Shown: positions 63,693 to 64,000 of the stretch, piece after piece
How positions within the stretch are numbered: position 1 is the first letter of the stretch
Layout of the letters: every line of letters starts with the position of its first letter
Assembly (NCBI GenBank): GCA_017428025.1
Contig: JAFRRO010000066.1
Span: forward strand, 2,853-66,852
Direction of reading: 5' to 3'
Length of the DNA: 64,000 nucleotides
Source: Clostridia bacterium
Lineage (GTDB): Bacteria > Bacillota > Clostridia > Christensenellales > CAG-138
The notes under the pieces: generated by a model
What the model was told of the DNA's origin: nothing
Database searches by the model: none
What the model saw: the letters and a program-made list of their open reading frames with translations, nothing else
Program-made: the position numbers and the translations under genes

Positions 63693-64000
63693 ATGGATAC
63701 TGTTCACATGAAAATCAACGGAATGGAGATCGAAGTCCCCGCGAATTCCACGATTCTGGAAGCGGCGGAGCTTGCAGGTATCCGCATTCCGACTCTCTGC
63801 TACATGAAGCAAATCAACGCCATCGGCGCATGCCGTATGTGCGTGGTCGAAGTCAAGGGCGCTCGCTCGAACCCCGTCGCGTGCCTCATGCAGGTCGCCG
63901 AGGGCATGGAAGTGCAGACGAACACGCCCGCGCTTCGCGCATCCCGCAAGATGACGCTCGAGCTGATGCTTTCGAATCACCGTATGGACTGTCTGAGCTG
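63693..64000 (+). CDS. hydA: [FeFe]-hydrogenase catalytic subunit, N-terminal 2Fe-2S/His-ligated cluster region (3' part outside the window)
   Basis: Translation MKINGMEIEVPANSTILEAAELAGIRIPTLCY...GACRMCVVEV...ELMLSNHRMDCLS matches the HydA/NuoG-like N-terminus. RBS AGGAGGA is present. Confidence 0.8.
   Translation, partial: MDTVHMKINGMEIEVPANSTILEAAELAGIRIPTLCYMKQINAIGACRMCVVEVKGARSNPVACLMQVAEGMEVQTNTPALRASRKMTLELMLSNHRMDCLS

Overview
High-GC (about 60%) chromosomal segment with Clostridia-type gene content (possibly Oscillospiraceae/Ruminococcaceae; inference only). No transposase, integrase, CRISPR array or rRNA was recognised. In order, the window holds: (1) a metal-homeostasis module, with csoR-copA behind a consensus promoter carrying a CsoR box, then DUF3793, a ZIP transporter and an HMA protein, ending in a truncated hydrolase/DtxR fusion scar. 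(2) tRNA-Asn next to an odd GTGATG/CATCAC hairpin array. (3) Housekeeping genes: holB, ricT/yaaT, an EamA transporter, TfoX, a GNAT, serC-serA and a MerR/TipA-type regulator. (4) A threonine-synthase-like gene divergent from an ssnA-ygfK-xanthine-dehydrogenase-family cluster. (5) An OmpR-type two-component system followed by six tandem paralogous lipoprotein genes, all with signal peptides ending in A-C-V-P-T-P. (6) An ABC transporter with no binding protein, then mreC-mreD-PBP2, an NlpC/P60 hydrolase and glgP. (7) MoxR-DUF58-transglutaminase, then a second envelope locus: a phosphodiester glycosidase, a small membrane protein, two more copies of the lipoprotein family and a two-repeat secreted protein. 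(8) A lipase and an SH3 protein. (9) A HydABC-type [FeFe]-hydrogenase locus with embedded DRTGG/ATPase/PHP/sensory-hydrogenase-like regulators. The main candidate for an undescribed system is the eight-member lipoprotein family (about 18% of the window). Four promoters share a TTACA-N6-TTACA box at fixed spacing from a -10 hexamer, which links the family to the adjacent two-component system. All coordinates and motifs were read by eye; no searches were run.
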